A stretch of DNA of 64,000 nt. Origin: Escherichia coli. Its GTDB lineage: Bacteria; Pseudomonadota; Gammaproteobacteria; Enterobacterales; Enterobacteriaceae. Positions 1 to 9,656 of the stretch are shown here, piece after piece. Made by a program: the position numbers and the translations under genes. How positions within the stretch are numbered: position 1 is the stretch's first letter; each line of letters starts with the position of its first letter. The stretch lies in assembly GCF_041886205.1 (NCBI RefSeq), contig NZ_CP169029.1; one strand, 5' to 3'. The notes below the pieces were generated by a model. That model had not been told where the DNA came from. It made no database searches and saw only the letters and a program-made list of their open reading frames with translations.

Positions 1-1
1 A

Positions 2-1081
2 ATCATTGGTCAATTGCATAACATTCAGGGCCGACAATTATTTTTAATGGCATTTCACCAATCGCATACCAGTTTTTCTGTAGCAAATGCACCTGATGAA
101 CCACATATTGAACAATTGGTTGGCGAGTGCCGTGTTATGCGGCAATTAAAACGACTCATTAGCCGTATTGCACCCAGCCCATCCAGCGTTATGGTGGTTG
201 GTGAAAGCGGCACGGGTAAAGAAGTCGTCGCCCGAGCAATCCATAAGTTGAGCGGAAGACGGAATAAACCCTTTATTGCTATCAACTGTGCCGCGATTCC
301 GGAGCAGCTTCTGGAAAGCGAACTGTTCGGTTATGTTAAAGGCGCATTTACTGGCGCTTCTGCCAACGGTAAAACAGGGTTGATTCAGGCGGCGAATACG
401 GGCACGCTGTTTCTCGATGAAATAGGTGATATGCCATTAATGTTGCAGGCTAAATTACTGCGCGCTATTGAGGCGCGTGAAATTCTGCCGATTGGTGCCA
501 GTAGCCCAATACAAGTCGACATTCGCATCATTTCTGCAACTAATCAGAATTTGGCCCAGTTCATTGCCGAAGGTAAATTCCGCGAAGATCTCTTCTACCG
601 ACTTAATGTTATCCCGATAACTCTGCCACCGCTGCGTGAACGTCAGGAAGATATTGAACTATTGGTGCATTACTTTTTACATCTGCATACCCGTCGTCTG
701 GGATCGGTTTATCCTGGCATTGCTCCCGATGTCGTCGAAATATTGCGTAAGCATCGTTGGCCCGGAAACCTGCGCGAGTTAAGCAATTTGATGGAATATC
801 TGGTTAACGTGGTTCCTTCAGGTGAAGTTATCGACAGCACGCTATTGCCGCCAAATCTGCTGAATAATGGCACAACGGAGCAAAGTGATGTAACAGAGGT
901 CAGTGAGGCGCACCTGTCACTCGATGATGCGGGCGGCACGGCGCTGGAGGAGATGGAAAAGCAAATGATCCGCGAGGCGCTTTCACGTCATAACAGCAAG
1001 AAGCAAGTTGCTGATGAACTGGGCATCGGCATTGCTACGCTCTATCGCAAGATTAAGAAATATGAGTTGTTAAACACATAA
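2..1081 (+). CDS. ygeV: sigma-54-dependent transcriptional regulator, C-terminal AAA+ and HTH part; 5' end lies outside the window
   Basis: Walker A GESGTGKE, GAFTGA sigma-54 contact motif, C-terminal HTH; open frame runs to window start; convergent with xdhC as in K-12. Confidence 0.7.
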   Translation: MIGQLHNIQGRQLFLMAFHQSHTSFSVANAPDEPHIEQLVGECRVMRQLKRLISRIAPSPSSVMVVGESGTGKEVVARAIHKLSGRRNKPFIAINCAAIPEQLLESELFGYVKGAFTGASANGKTGLIQAANTGTLFLDEIGDMPLMLQAKLLRAIEAREILPIGASSPIQVDIRIISATNQNLAQFIAEGKFREDLFYRLNVIPITLPPLRERQEDIELLVHYFLHLHTRRLGSVYPGIAPDVVEILRKHRWPGNLRELSNLMEYLVNVVPSGEVIDSTLLPPNLLNNGTTEQSDVTEVSEAHLSLDDAGGTALEEMEKQMIREALSRHNSKKQVADELGIGIATLYRKIKKYELLNT

Positions 1082-1090
1082 CCTCAGTGA

Positions 1091-1114
1091 ATCCGGCCTG
1101 AATTCAGGCCGGAT
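1091..1114. terminator. GC-rich palindrome between convergent ygeV and xdhC, likely bidirectional terminator
   Basis: atccggcctgaattcaggccggat perfect hairpin followed by T-rich stretch. Confidence 0.5.
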
Positions 1115-1120
1115 ATCCTT

Positions 1121-1600
1121 TTACTTCGTTTTCTCGCAATCCAGAACTGTATTTACAATCATCTGATACCCCGTGCAGCGACAAAGATTTCCCGCCAGTC
1201 CGCGACGAATTTCCGTAATGGTTAATGGCTTCTCGCGTGGTTTCGCCAGCATTGCCGTGGTAGCCATAATCAGGCCAGGCGTACAAAACCCGCACTGCAC
1301 TGCGCCGGATTTCGCATAAGCCTGCTGAACATGAGAAAGTTTTCCGCCTTTCGCTTCACCTTCCAGCGTGCGGATCTCTTTTCCTTCAGCCCAGGCGGCA
1401 AGGTATAAGCAACTGTCTATTGCTGTGCCGTCGACCAACACCGTACAGGCACCACATTCACCCACGCAGCACCCTTGTTTGACACTTAGCAGTCCTTGTT
1501 CGCGGAGTAATTCCGAGAGCGGCGTGCCTGGTGCGGCGTGAAGCTGAAAAGGCATCCCGTTAATGGTGCATTCGATGGTAATTGTTTCGCTGTGATTCAT
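1121..1600 (-). CDS. xdhC: xanthine dehydrogenase [2Fe-2S] iron-sulfur subunit
   Basis: 159 aa; two cysteine clusters ([18 protein letters not shown]) typical of the molybdo-hydroxylase small subunit; operon position. Confidence 0.85.
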
Positions 1601-2475
1601 TGCAATTTTCCCCCCGCCGCGGCGACGGCTTCGCTAATCACTTTTTTGGTCATCGTCTGGATGAGATGCAGACGAAACTCTTTACTGGCCCGCCATGAAG
1701 AACGCGGGGCGACATCTTGCAGGACAGATTCGCTGATAGCTTCCAGCGTTTGCAGGTTTAATGGCGCATTTTGTGCAGTCTGTTCGGCATGTTGGCAGCG
1801 AATCGGCGTTGGCGCGGCAACACCAAATGCCAGGCGTAATTCGCTGAAATTGCCGTTATCCAGTCGGCAATGTGCGGCGCAGCCAATCGTTGAAATATCC
1901 ATTGCGTCGCGCATGGCATATTTAAAATGCGCGCTGCCCGCGTGTTCTTTCGGCTGTGGCGGAAAATGAAAGGCGACGAGGATTTCGTCATGCTCAAGAG
2001 ACACTTTGCCCGGCCCGGTGTGAAAGCCATTAATCGGGACGAAACGAACACCGCGCGGGGAGTGGATCTCCAGTTTCGCGTCATAAATTAGCGTTGGCGT
2101 GGCAGAATCTGCGCTGGTGGCACCGTTGCAAATATTTCCACCGTAGGTAGCGACGTTACGGATCTGCGGTCCAGCAATGGACGTGGCCGCAGCACATAAC
2201 GCCGGGAGATGACGTTGAGTTATAGGATCTTCTATTAGCTGGGTAAATGTCGTTGCAGAGCCGATACGTAGCGAGCCATCTTCCGCCAGCGTAATTCCCC
2301 GCAGCTCCGCCAGATTATGAATATCAACAATATGGCGATAACGGTCATTGTGATGGTGGAGCTGAATCAGTACGTCAGTGCCACCGGCGAGCAGTTTGGC
2401 CTGCGGGTTGTCAGCCAGCAGGTTGATGGCATCGGCAAGGGTTGCTGCGCGATGGTAAGAAGCAAAATCAAACAT
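1597..2475 (-). CDS. xdhB: xanthine dehydrogenase FAD-binding subunit
   Basis: 292 aa, GGTD FAD-binding signature, overlaps xdhC start by 4 bp. Confidence 0.85.
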
Positions 2476-2485
2476 GATGTTATCC

Positions 2486-4744
2486 TCAAATCAATCCTAC
2501 CAGATGGAACTCTTCATATAACCGTTTTGGCGTCAGCGGCAGTGTATTGATTGCAACACCGGTAGCCATCTTCACCGCGTTACGAATAGCAGCGGCAACA
2601 GGAATTATTGGTGGCTCACCCAGTGACTTATGTCCGTATGCGGATTGCGGCTCATTGATTTCGACGAACGCGCTTTCCAGTTGTGGCAGATCCGGCATGG
2701 TCGGCATTTTGTAATCCAGCAGATTGGGGTTACGGACCACGCCGCTTTTAGCATCGATGATCATCTCTTCAAATAGCGCCCAGCCAATGCCCATTCCCAT
2801 TCCGCCGTGTACCTGACCTTCTGCCAGCAGTGGATTAAGAATATGCCCTGAATCATGAACGTTGAGGATGCGGTTGATGGTGACTTTGCACAGCGCAATA
2901 TCGACCGTCAGATCAACAAAGGTACAGCCAAACGCCGGTGGGTTAGTGGTGGTTTTGATGGAGCTTTCAGCAGAGAGCTGCCCGCCGCGTTCAGGGTGGT
3001 AGAAAGCGTCCATCGCCAAATCTTTTAACGACATTAACGGCTCTTCCGGTCGTTCAACCAGCACGATATGGCCTTTTATCAGGGTCAGATTCATCGCTGA
3101 CTGATGTAGCATGACTGCGGCGTGAGCGATGATTTTCTCTTTTAATAATAGTGCCGCACTGCGCAGCGCAGGCGCGGCAACATAGCTCTGGCGTGAGGCA
3201 AATGCGCCGGGATCGAACGGCGTAACGTCGGTATCTTGAGTTGAAATAACGCGAACGTCGCTGACCGGAACCCCCACGGTTTCTGCCACCATTTGCGAGA
3301 AGACGGTGTCGGCACCCTGACCGATTTCCGTCGCGCCGCTTTGCACGTTGATGGTTCCATCCTGATTCATCAGAAGGCGCGCGCCTGCTATTTCTACGCC
3401 GACAGGCCAGGTGTTAGAGGTGTAGCTAAAACAGGCGACGCCAACGCCGCGGCGCAAATTGCCTTGCTGGTTCTGGCATTCTGCACGGCGTTTTTCCCAT
3501 TCAAAGATTTTCCGGCCTTTTTCAAGACACTCCGGCAACCCTGCGCTGTAAATACGTTTGCCCGTGAGCGGATTAGCATCTCCTTCGCGGGCGGCGTTGC
3601 GTAAACGAATTTCAACAGGATCAATACCTAACGCTGTCGCGGCGTCATCAAGCATAGACTCAACGGCAAATACGACTTGTGGCGCGCCATAACCACGCAT
3701 CGCACCAGCCGAGGGGAGGTTGGTATAGCAGGTCTTTGAACTGTAAGCGTAGGCACAACGAGGATAAAGGTAAGCGACTTTATTCCCCCCCGCAGAAGCG
3801 ATGGAGTGCCCGTGAGATGCATAAGCGCCGGTGTTAGACAGAACATCCAGACTATAACCTTTCAATGTTCCGTCGCGGTTCACGCCCATTTGCCCGTCAA
3901 TAGTAAAAGCGTGGCGGGTACGGGTTGCGAGGAAACACTCTTCACGGCTAAGGGAAACTTTCACCGGAATGCCGCCAAGCTTGCTGGTCAGGAATGCCGC
4001 CATTGGCTCTTCCAGTACATCCTGTTTATTACCAAAACCGCCACCGACAAATGGTTTGATGACTCGTACGCATGACCAGGGAATATCCAGCGCCTGACCA
4101 ACCACGCGGCGAACAATGTGCGGGATCTGGGTGCTGGAAACGATGGTAATTCGCGAGTCATTCTCCATCCACGCCAGCGATGTTACGCTTTCCATGTGAC
4201 AATGTTGAATAACGGGGGTCTGATAGTGCCCCTGTACCTGGTAGTCGGCGGCATCGATTGTTTGTTGGACATTGCCCGTCGACATCGTGCTTTGTTTCAG
4301 TAAATTGCCGCCGTTATGGATTGGTGCAGCGTCCTCTGCCAGCGCCGCTTCTGGCGTGGTGATAACGGGTAATTCTTGCCACTCAATGCTGACCAATTGC
4401 GCCGCTTTTTCTGCCGTGAGTTCATCGCGGGCCACGACGATGGCAACGGCGTCACCATGATGACGAACATGGCGAGTTAGCAGTGCGCGATCGGCGGTAT
4501 CGCGCTTGTTTTCGTCAAGTGTCCATGCATGTCCAGCTGTAGCGAATGGGATATCAGGCACATCTTCCCAGGTAAAAATCGCCAGTACGCCCGGTAAACT
4601 TCTGGCTTGTTCATCATTAATACTTACGGCATAACCATGTGCGATAGGGCTACGTACATATTTCGCATAACACATGCCCGCCATAACATAATCGTCAGTA
4701 TATCGTGCCCGCCCGGTGACCTTAGCAATGGCATCGACGCGCAT
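2486..4744 (-). CDS. xdhA: xanthine dehydrogenase molybdopterin-binding subunit
   Basis: Large aldehyde oxidase/xanthine dehydrogenase family protein; start placed at MRVDAIAKVTG (752 aa); the longer ORF starts at 4783. Confidence 0.85.
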   Translation of the reverse strand: MRVDAIAKVTGRARYTDDYVMAGMCYAKYVRSPIAHGYAVSINDEQARSLPGVLAIFTWEDVPDIPFATAGHAWTLDENKRDTADRALLTRHVRHHGDAVAIVVARDELTAEKAAQLVSIEWQELPVITTPEAALAEDAAPIHNGGNLLKQSTMSTGNVQQTIDAADYQVQGHYQTPVIQHCHMESVTSLAWMENDSRITIVSSTQIPHIVRRVVGQALDIPWSCVRVIKPFVGGGFGNKQDVLEEPMAAFLTSKLGGIPVKVSLSREECFLATRTRHAFTIDGQMGVNRDGTLKGYSLDVLSNTGAYASHGHSIASAGGNKVAYLYPRCAYAYSSKTCYTNLPSAGAMRGYGAPQVVFAVESMLDDAATALGIDPVEIRLRNAAREGDANPLTGKRIYSAGLPECLEKGRKIFEWEKRRAECQNQQGNLRRGVGVACFSYTSNTWPVGVEIAGARLLMNQDGTINVQSGATEIGQGADTVFSQMVAETVGVPVSDVRVISTQDTDVTPFDPGAFASRQSYVAAPALRSAALLLKEKIIAHAAVMLHQSAMNLTLIKGHIVLVERPEEPLMSLKDLAMDAFYHPERGGQLSAESSIKTTTNPPAFGCTFVDLTVDIALCKVTINRILNVHDSGHILNPLLAEGQVHGGMGMGIGWALFEEMIIDAKSGVVRNPNLLDYKMPTMPDLPQLESAFVEINEPQSAYGHKSLGEPPIIPVAAAIRNAVKMATGVAINTLPLTPKRLYEEFHLVGLI

Positions 4745-5197
4745 GCATGATTCACCCGTAGCGGTTGCTTCCCGCGCTTCCATAGAAATCCCCTCGATTT
4801 GAACATTTGGTTCTTATGGCAAAGATTTAGTCTAAGCAGGCAAGATTTACGCCAGAAACGACGATAAGCGTTAGGGGAGGAAGGAAGTGTGATGACGTTA
4901 AAAAAACACAGATATGATACGAAACAGGACTCTGAATAGGGACAGTGATACGTATCAATATGAGTGGCGATAAAATCAATGTGATAAATCAGGATTATTA
5001 CGCATCAGGATGGGAAATAGGGTAAAAAGTCAGGAACTTCGATACCTCTACAGCGAATATTTTGCTGATGATACTTCCCTTTGCCAAATGAAATTAACCT
5101 CTTTCTCTATTACCACGTTTTTCCAGAAGCAAGAGATTGGGTATCAAGAGGCTGGCTGCTATGATATGGCGTCTTGTTTTTTAAGCGAGGAAAGATT

Positions 5198-5953
5198 TTG
5201 AGTGCGGGACGCCTGAATAAAAAATCTCTGGGTATCGTGATGTTGTTATCGGTTGGACTGCTTTTGGCGGGCTGTTCGGGTAGCAAATCATCCGATACAG
5301 GAACGTATTCCGGCTCCGTTTACACCGTGAAACGGGGGGATACGCTATATCGTATTTCGCGCACCACGGGAACCAGCGTAAAAGAACTGGCGCGACTGAA
5401 CGGCATTTCCCCCCCTTACACCATTGAAGTTGGTCAGAAACTAAAACTGGGTGGGGCGAAAAGTAGCAGTAGTACACGTAAATCAACCGCCAAATCAACG
5501 ACCAAAACCGCATCGGTTACACCGTCATCAGCGGTACCGAAATCATCCTGGCCGCCAGTAGGGCAACGTTGTTGGTTATGGCCAACGACAGGGAAAGTTA
5601 TCATGCCGTATTCGACAGCAGATGGCGGCAATAAAGGGATTGATATCTCAGCTCCACGGGGTACACCTATTTACGCCGCGGGTGCAGGAAAGGTGGTGTA
5701 TGTGGGCAACCAGCTGCGTGGCTACGGTAATCTCATCATGATTAAACACAGTGAAGATTACATTACGGCTTACGCCCATAATGACACGATGCTGGTAAAT
5801 AATGGGCAAAGCGTGAAGGCTGGGCAAAAAATCGCCACCATGGGGAGCACTGATGCGGCATCTGTTCGCCTGCATTTCCAGATTCGTTACCGTGCAACGG
5901 CAATTGATCCGCTACGTTACTTGCCGCCTCAGGGCAGCAAGCCAAAATGCTGA
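5198..5953 (+). CDS. ygeR: LysM-domain M23-family peptidase lipoprotein
   Basis: Lipobox LLAGCSG, LysM motif (YTVKRGDTLYRIS), M23 peptidase C-terminus; probable TTG start after GAGGAAAG RBS (the ATG-start ORF begins at 5174). Confidence 0.8.
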   Translation: MSAGRLNKKSLGIVMLLSVGLLLAGCSGSKSSDTGTYSGSVYTVKRGDTLYRISRTTGTSVKELARLNGISPPYTIEVGQKLKLGGAKSSSSTRKSTAKSTTKTASVTPSSAVPKSSWPPVGQRCWLWPTTGKVIMPYSTADGGNKGIDISAPRGTPIYAAGAGKVVYVGNQLRGYGNLIMIKHSEDYITAYAHNDTMLVNNGQSVKAGQKIATMGSTDAASVRLHFQIRYRATAIDPLRYLPPQGSKPKC

Positions 5954-6031
5954 TGGCGAATTAATCAGCAGTCAGCAGCGTGGCACTTGCTAAGGAGAGC
6001 GTAAGGTTTATAATGCCTTACGCATCTCGAA

Positions 6032-6105
6032 GCGGGCGTAGTTCAATGGTAGAACGAGAGCTTCCCAAGCTCTATACGAGGGTTCGATTCCCTTCGCCCG
6101 CTCCA
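6032..6105 (+). tRNA. glyU: tRNA-Gly (anticodon CCC)
   Basis: 74-nt sequence GCGGGCGTAGTTCAATGGTAGAACGAGAGCTTCCCAAGCTCTATACGAGGGTTCGATTCCCTTCGCCCGCTCCA with cloverleaf pairing and CCC anticodon. Confidence 0.9.
6076..6105 (+). repeat. attL: 30-bp 3' end of glyU, duplicated at the distal island end
   Basis: acgagggttcgattcccttcgcccgctcca is identical to 19239-19268. Confidence 0.75.
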
Positions 6106-6107
6106 GT

Positions 6108-6137
6108 TTACTGATAAATAAGCATATTTTTATTTAT
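6108..6137. repeat. perfect 11-bp inverted repeat immediately 3' of glyU (tRNA terminator or integrase arm site)
   Basis: ctgataaataa-gcatattt-ttatttatcag. Confidence 0.4.
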
Positions 6138-6452
6138 CAGCTAGTTACTTAGCCCCGCTAATGCAGGTACAGTCGTAACTACACATTGCACAATCGCCGC
6201 GCCTGTCGCGTGGTTGGTGTGTGGTAGTCGGGAGCATATCACCGCGCTGGCAGTGGTTTCAACGTTCTTACTGCGACAGCCCAACAACGAACAAAAGCCG
6301 CCTGCCCGGCATAATCCCGAAGACTTTTAGTGAAGCGCATTTTAGCCCGATGCCCCCGTTCTGTCGCCGTCGCGAGACGCCGCAGGGGATAAACAGGTTT
6401 ATGGTGGTCACGGTACTTGCAGACCATATGCAAGCTCTGCCAGCGGTTCGGC

Positions 6453-6564
6453 CTCGCTCCCCTTGGGTACATGGTCATCCTGATAAACTTCACTAACTGA
6501 CATAACGCTGATAAAGTCGCCAGAGGCTCCGCTTGTCTCTTTACCACTAATGGGGCTTTATGGC
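6453..6564. repeat. copy 1 of a ~110-bp imperfect direct repeat (about 80% identical to 7003-7112)
   Basis: Shared blocks ctcgctcc..gggtacatg.tcat..tgataaa.ttcact..ctgacataac.ctgat..gtcgcc..ctccgc..accac.aa.ggggct. Confidence 0.5.
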
Positions 6565-6635
6565 TTCTATTGCCTTGATTTTTAATGTTTATGTTCTAGT
6601 CTGAATGTAACTTTGACACAGCAAGGAGTGAAAAA

Positions 6636-6914
6636 ATGTCTGATAATATGAAACGTTTCGAAGTTAAACGAGAAGGCATAGTTTACGGATATGTAGAAGA
6701 GGGTACATTTGAAACCCGGCGTTGGAATTTCGTCTACCCAATCGTAGATGGAAAGATATCTATGGACATTACGACCGTTAATATCCAAAAACAAGACGGA
6801 AAGACCCTTTTGGAATCACAAATCAAAAATATTGGTTTTGATGTCGATTTTGAAAAAAGAACCCTTACAAGAAATGATGGTACAGTTTTTGATTTAGTTG
6901 AAATCGATAGTTAA
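6636..6914 (+). CDS. hypothetical small protein (92 aa) bracketed by the two direct-repeat copies
   Basis: Strong RBS (aaggagtg) 7 bp upstream of ATG; hairpin downstream (ggcaggagt...actcctgcc at ~6940-6975); no recognisable domain. Confidence 0.5.
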   Translation: MSDNMKRFEVKREGIVYGYVEEGTFETRRWNFVYPIVDGKISMDITTVNIQKQDGKTLLESQIKNIGFDVDFEKRTLTRNDGTVFDLVEIDS

Positions 6915-7002
6915 TCATCACTAAAAGTCTTCACACTTGGGCAGGAGTACCCACCCCTTGGGAACTCCTGCCTGTATTCAAACCCGTTTCAAGTAGCTAC
7001 GT

Positions 7003-7112
7003 TCTCGCTCCTTCGGGTACATGATCATGATAAAATTCACTGTCTGACATAACCCTGATGCTGTCGCCTGACGACTCCGCGTGTTGTCTTACCACCAACG
7101 GGGCTATATGCG
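7003..7112. repeat. copy 2 of the ~110-bp imperfect direct repeat
   Basis: See 6453-6564. Confidence 0.5.
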
Positions 7113-7247
7113 CGCTTTGTTTAAATGGCCCCAATTTAAAGATTCACATGGGAAAGGCCTGCACTTCTGAAAACCCGCTTTCTCAAATTCAATTGAAAAC
7201 GGGTTAATATACTATTACTCAATTTTTTTTCTAAATAATAATCAGTC

Positions 7248-8387
7248 TTATTTGATTAAAGAGTAAATTCCATCTCTATCTAAAAAATCAATGACGTCGT
7301 AGTATGATATTGATAACTCCCACGATCCTAATGCATAGCATTGAATTTCGTACGGGCGGAAATGAAAAGTTAATCCTGAATCATGTATAGTAAAAATATC
7401 TAAACGGCTTTCTAAAATCCCCTTTACCATTTCAGCTAAAGTAGTGTCGTCCGGTTTTTGACCAGTCCTCTCCCAAAATACACGTGGAGCATCTGACATG
7501 AGTTTTTCTTTAATTTTTTTAATAGCATCTAAGTGGGTGCCTCGAATGAAAAGCTCAGATAGAGAAAATTTATATGCGTAGTCATTATCTGTAACCACAA
7601 AATTACTCACAGCAAAGTGGCTGTTTGGGTGTGCAGCGCCAGCGCCGTACCAGTCTACGTTATGTAAGATGCTTATAACATTTTTATTGCAATAAGCAAT
7701 ATAATACATTTCATTGTAATAGCTTGTGTACGTACTTTTATATTCTTCATGCCAGCCAAAATTGTGTGGCCAAGGCGACGTTCTGTTATCAAACACTAAG
7801 CTTGCTACACGGCCTGAAAAATAATTAGATATTATTTCTGCCGACTCTGGAAATAGTTGACTGCTTATTTTCGGGTAAGTTATTTCAAGCTCATGGCTAG
7901 GGATGGTGTTGTGATCTTCTTTATGTGTTAGGCTTATGAATGTAAAGCTGCCGTGTGTAACCCCGCTTGTTACTTCAAGGTTTTGTTGGGTTGCAGCCAG
8001 GTTTAATGATCTTTCTAAAATATCCCAGCCATCAGATCTTTTGTAGTCGATGTATTGGATTTTACTAGATATTAAGGATGGGACTTCGGCGTCGTCAATC
8101 AGCAGTGGGACTACGACGACATCATCTGGTTTATAATATTTTAACTTTTCAATGGCGTCATTTATTTCGCGCCTGATGTATCCATTTTTATTACAGCTAA
8201 CTTTGCTAAGTATTATTATGATAACATTTGCATTGTTAAAATTCTTTTGTATTTCATAATCCCAAATCACACCACCCGGAATATCTTTTATATCCATCCA
8301 CGGTTTATAGCCATTGTTTTTCAACTTTTCATAAATTGACTCGGTTATTTTTTCATCTTCTTTAGCGTGAGCCAAGAATATCTTCAT
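7248..8387 (-). CDS. TIR-domain protein with an unrecognised ~250-aa C-terminal domain (candidate antiphage effector or sensor)
   Basis: N-terminal MKIFLAHAKEDE...W...VIIIILSKVS...NGYIRREINDAIEK matches bacterial TIR motif spacing; AT-rich gene unlike neighbouring core. Confidence 0.7.
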   Translation of the reverse strand: MKIFLAHAKEDEKITESIYEKLKNNGYKPWMDIKDIPGGVIWDYEIQKNFNNANVIIIILSKVSCNKNGYIRREINDAIEKLKYYKPDDVVVVPLLIDDAEVPSLISSKIQYIDYKRSDGWDILERSLNLAATQQNLEVTSGVTHGSFTFISLTHKEDHNTIPSHELEITYPKISSQLFPESAEIISNYFSGRVASLVFDNRTSPWPHNFGWHEEYKSTYTSYYNEMYYIAYCNKNVISILHNVDWYGAGAAHPNSHFAVSNFVVTDNDYAYKFSLSELFIRGTHLDAIKKIKEKLMSDAPRVFWERTGQKPDDTTLAEMVKGILESRLDIFTIHDSGLTFHFRPYEIQCYALGSWELSISYYDVIDFLDRDGIYSLIK

Positions 8388-9080
8388 GTTTAATCCTCTA
8401 TGTGAATCACTCTATAAGGTTGATACTTGTGACATATAAAATGCATTTATTATATTGCAATAAGTAAGGTATCGATAGTCTGTGTTTTCTAAAGCCCAAT
8501 GCGTTGAGAGCAAAAGTTAGTGCTAAGATGAGTTAACTTTTTGACTATCAAAAGCGGTCTTTGAGAAGCAGTGACCCATAAATGTGATATCCGTGCTAGA
8601 TGTCTGAAAATTTCCTGCTTCAGGCCACATTTTACTCTTGGCTGTTAAGCAAACTGGGGAGTTTTATCTCGACTTGAAAAATTGCACGCTTATGGTTGCC
8701 CCTCCCTCAACGATTAAGGCTTCAACTTCCCCCGTGCGCCTCTCCCAGCCGAAGGCTGGGCGGGCTGTATATCGATTTGCCTTTCTCTGTGGCGTTTATG
8801 ACCCTGTTTCGCGTTCTGATCATGAGGCTGTGGGTTAGGGTTAATCTTCTCTTTAAACGCTAAATCACTCTTGACTCTCCGCTGTTAAAGCACTTTGCGT
8901 TGATGCTTGGCGCTTCTCTTGGCTGTCGTTATTGTTTTGGCTTCGGTGTCATCAATCGTTCGATTCTTGCTACCTGTCTGAGTGATTACTATCTGGTATC
9001 ATCAATTTAGGGTTTGACTAAATGCTACCACCAATGCAATGATGCTACCGTTTTGTGATACCAGACGGGTGAGGTGAACC

Positions 9081-9656
9081 ATGAGGACTTTTATCTACTG
9101 CCGCGTTTCAACACGCGAGCAGGATACGCAGAATCAGGTGCTGGCTATTGAGCGTGCCGGGTATAAGGTGCCGGAGAGCAGGGTAATCAGCGAGGACATT
9201 TCCGGCAGCGTTCAGGCTATGCAGCGCCCTAAGTTCCGGGCGATGGTTGAGCACAAGCTGGAAGCGGGAGATCAGCTTGTCGTGCTGAAACTGGACAGGC
9301 TGGGGCGTGACAACATCGATGTGCAGCAGACCATCGACATGCTGTTAGAACGCGGCGTGAAGGTGGTGTCTCTTGACCTGCCAGCGCGTGATCTGACTTC
9401 ATCTGAGGGCAAGCTAATCCGCCAGATGTTTGGAGCCTTTGCTGAGTTCGAGCGAAACCGTATCCGTGAGAGGACGCTGGACGGGCTGGAGAAGGCGAAA
9501 GCCAATGGCGTTAAGCTGGGACGCAAGGAAGCCACCGACACCACTCAAAAGGTGCAGGAGTTGCGGAGTGAGGGACTGTCTCAATCGAAGGTAGCGAAGC
9601 GTCTCGGCGTTAGCGTGAGCACCGTTAAACGCCACTGGAACAAGGGCGAGGGGTGA
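9081..9656 (+). CDS. small serine recombinase (resolvase/invertase family)
   Basis: N-terminal catalytic motif YCRVSTREQ, 191 aa, C-terminal HTH (GLSQSKVAKRLGVSVSTVKRH). Confidence 0.8.
   Translation: MRTFIYCRVSTREQDTQNQVLAIERAGYKVPESRVISEDISGSVQAMQRPKFRAMVEHKLEAGDQLVVLKLDRLGRDNIDVQQTIDMLLERGVKVVSLDLPARDLTSSEGKLIRQMFGAFAEFERNRIRERTLDGLEKAKANGVKLGRKEATDTTQKVQELRSEGLSQSKVAKRLGVSVSTVKRHWNKGEG

Noticed and set aside
2317-4460. Multiple 60-143-aa ORFs antisense to or overlapping xdhA, xdhB and xdhC
   Set aside because: Shadow ORFs inside long, well-supported genes in a GC-rich region.
8638-8838. 66-aa ORF in the TIR/recombinase intergenic region
   Set aside because: No RBS; overlaps a GC hairpin and low-complexity sequence; more likely regulatory DNA.
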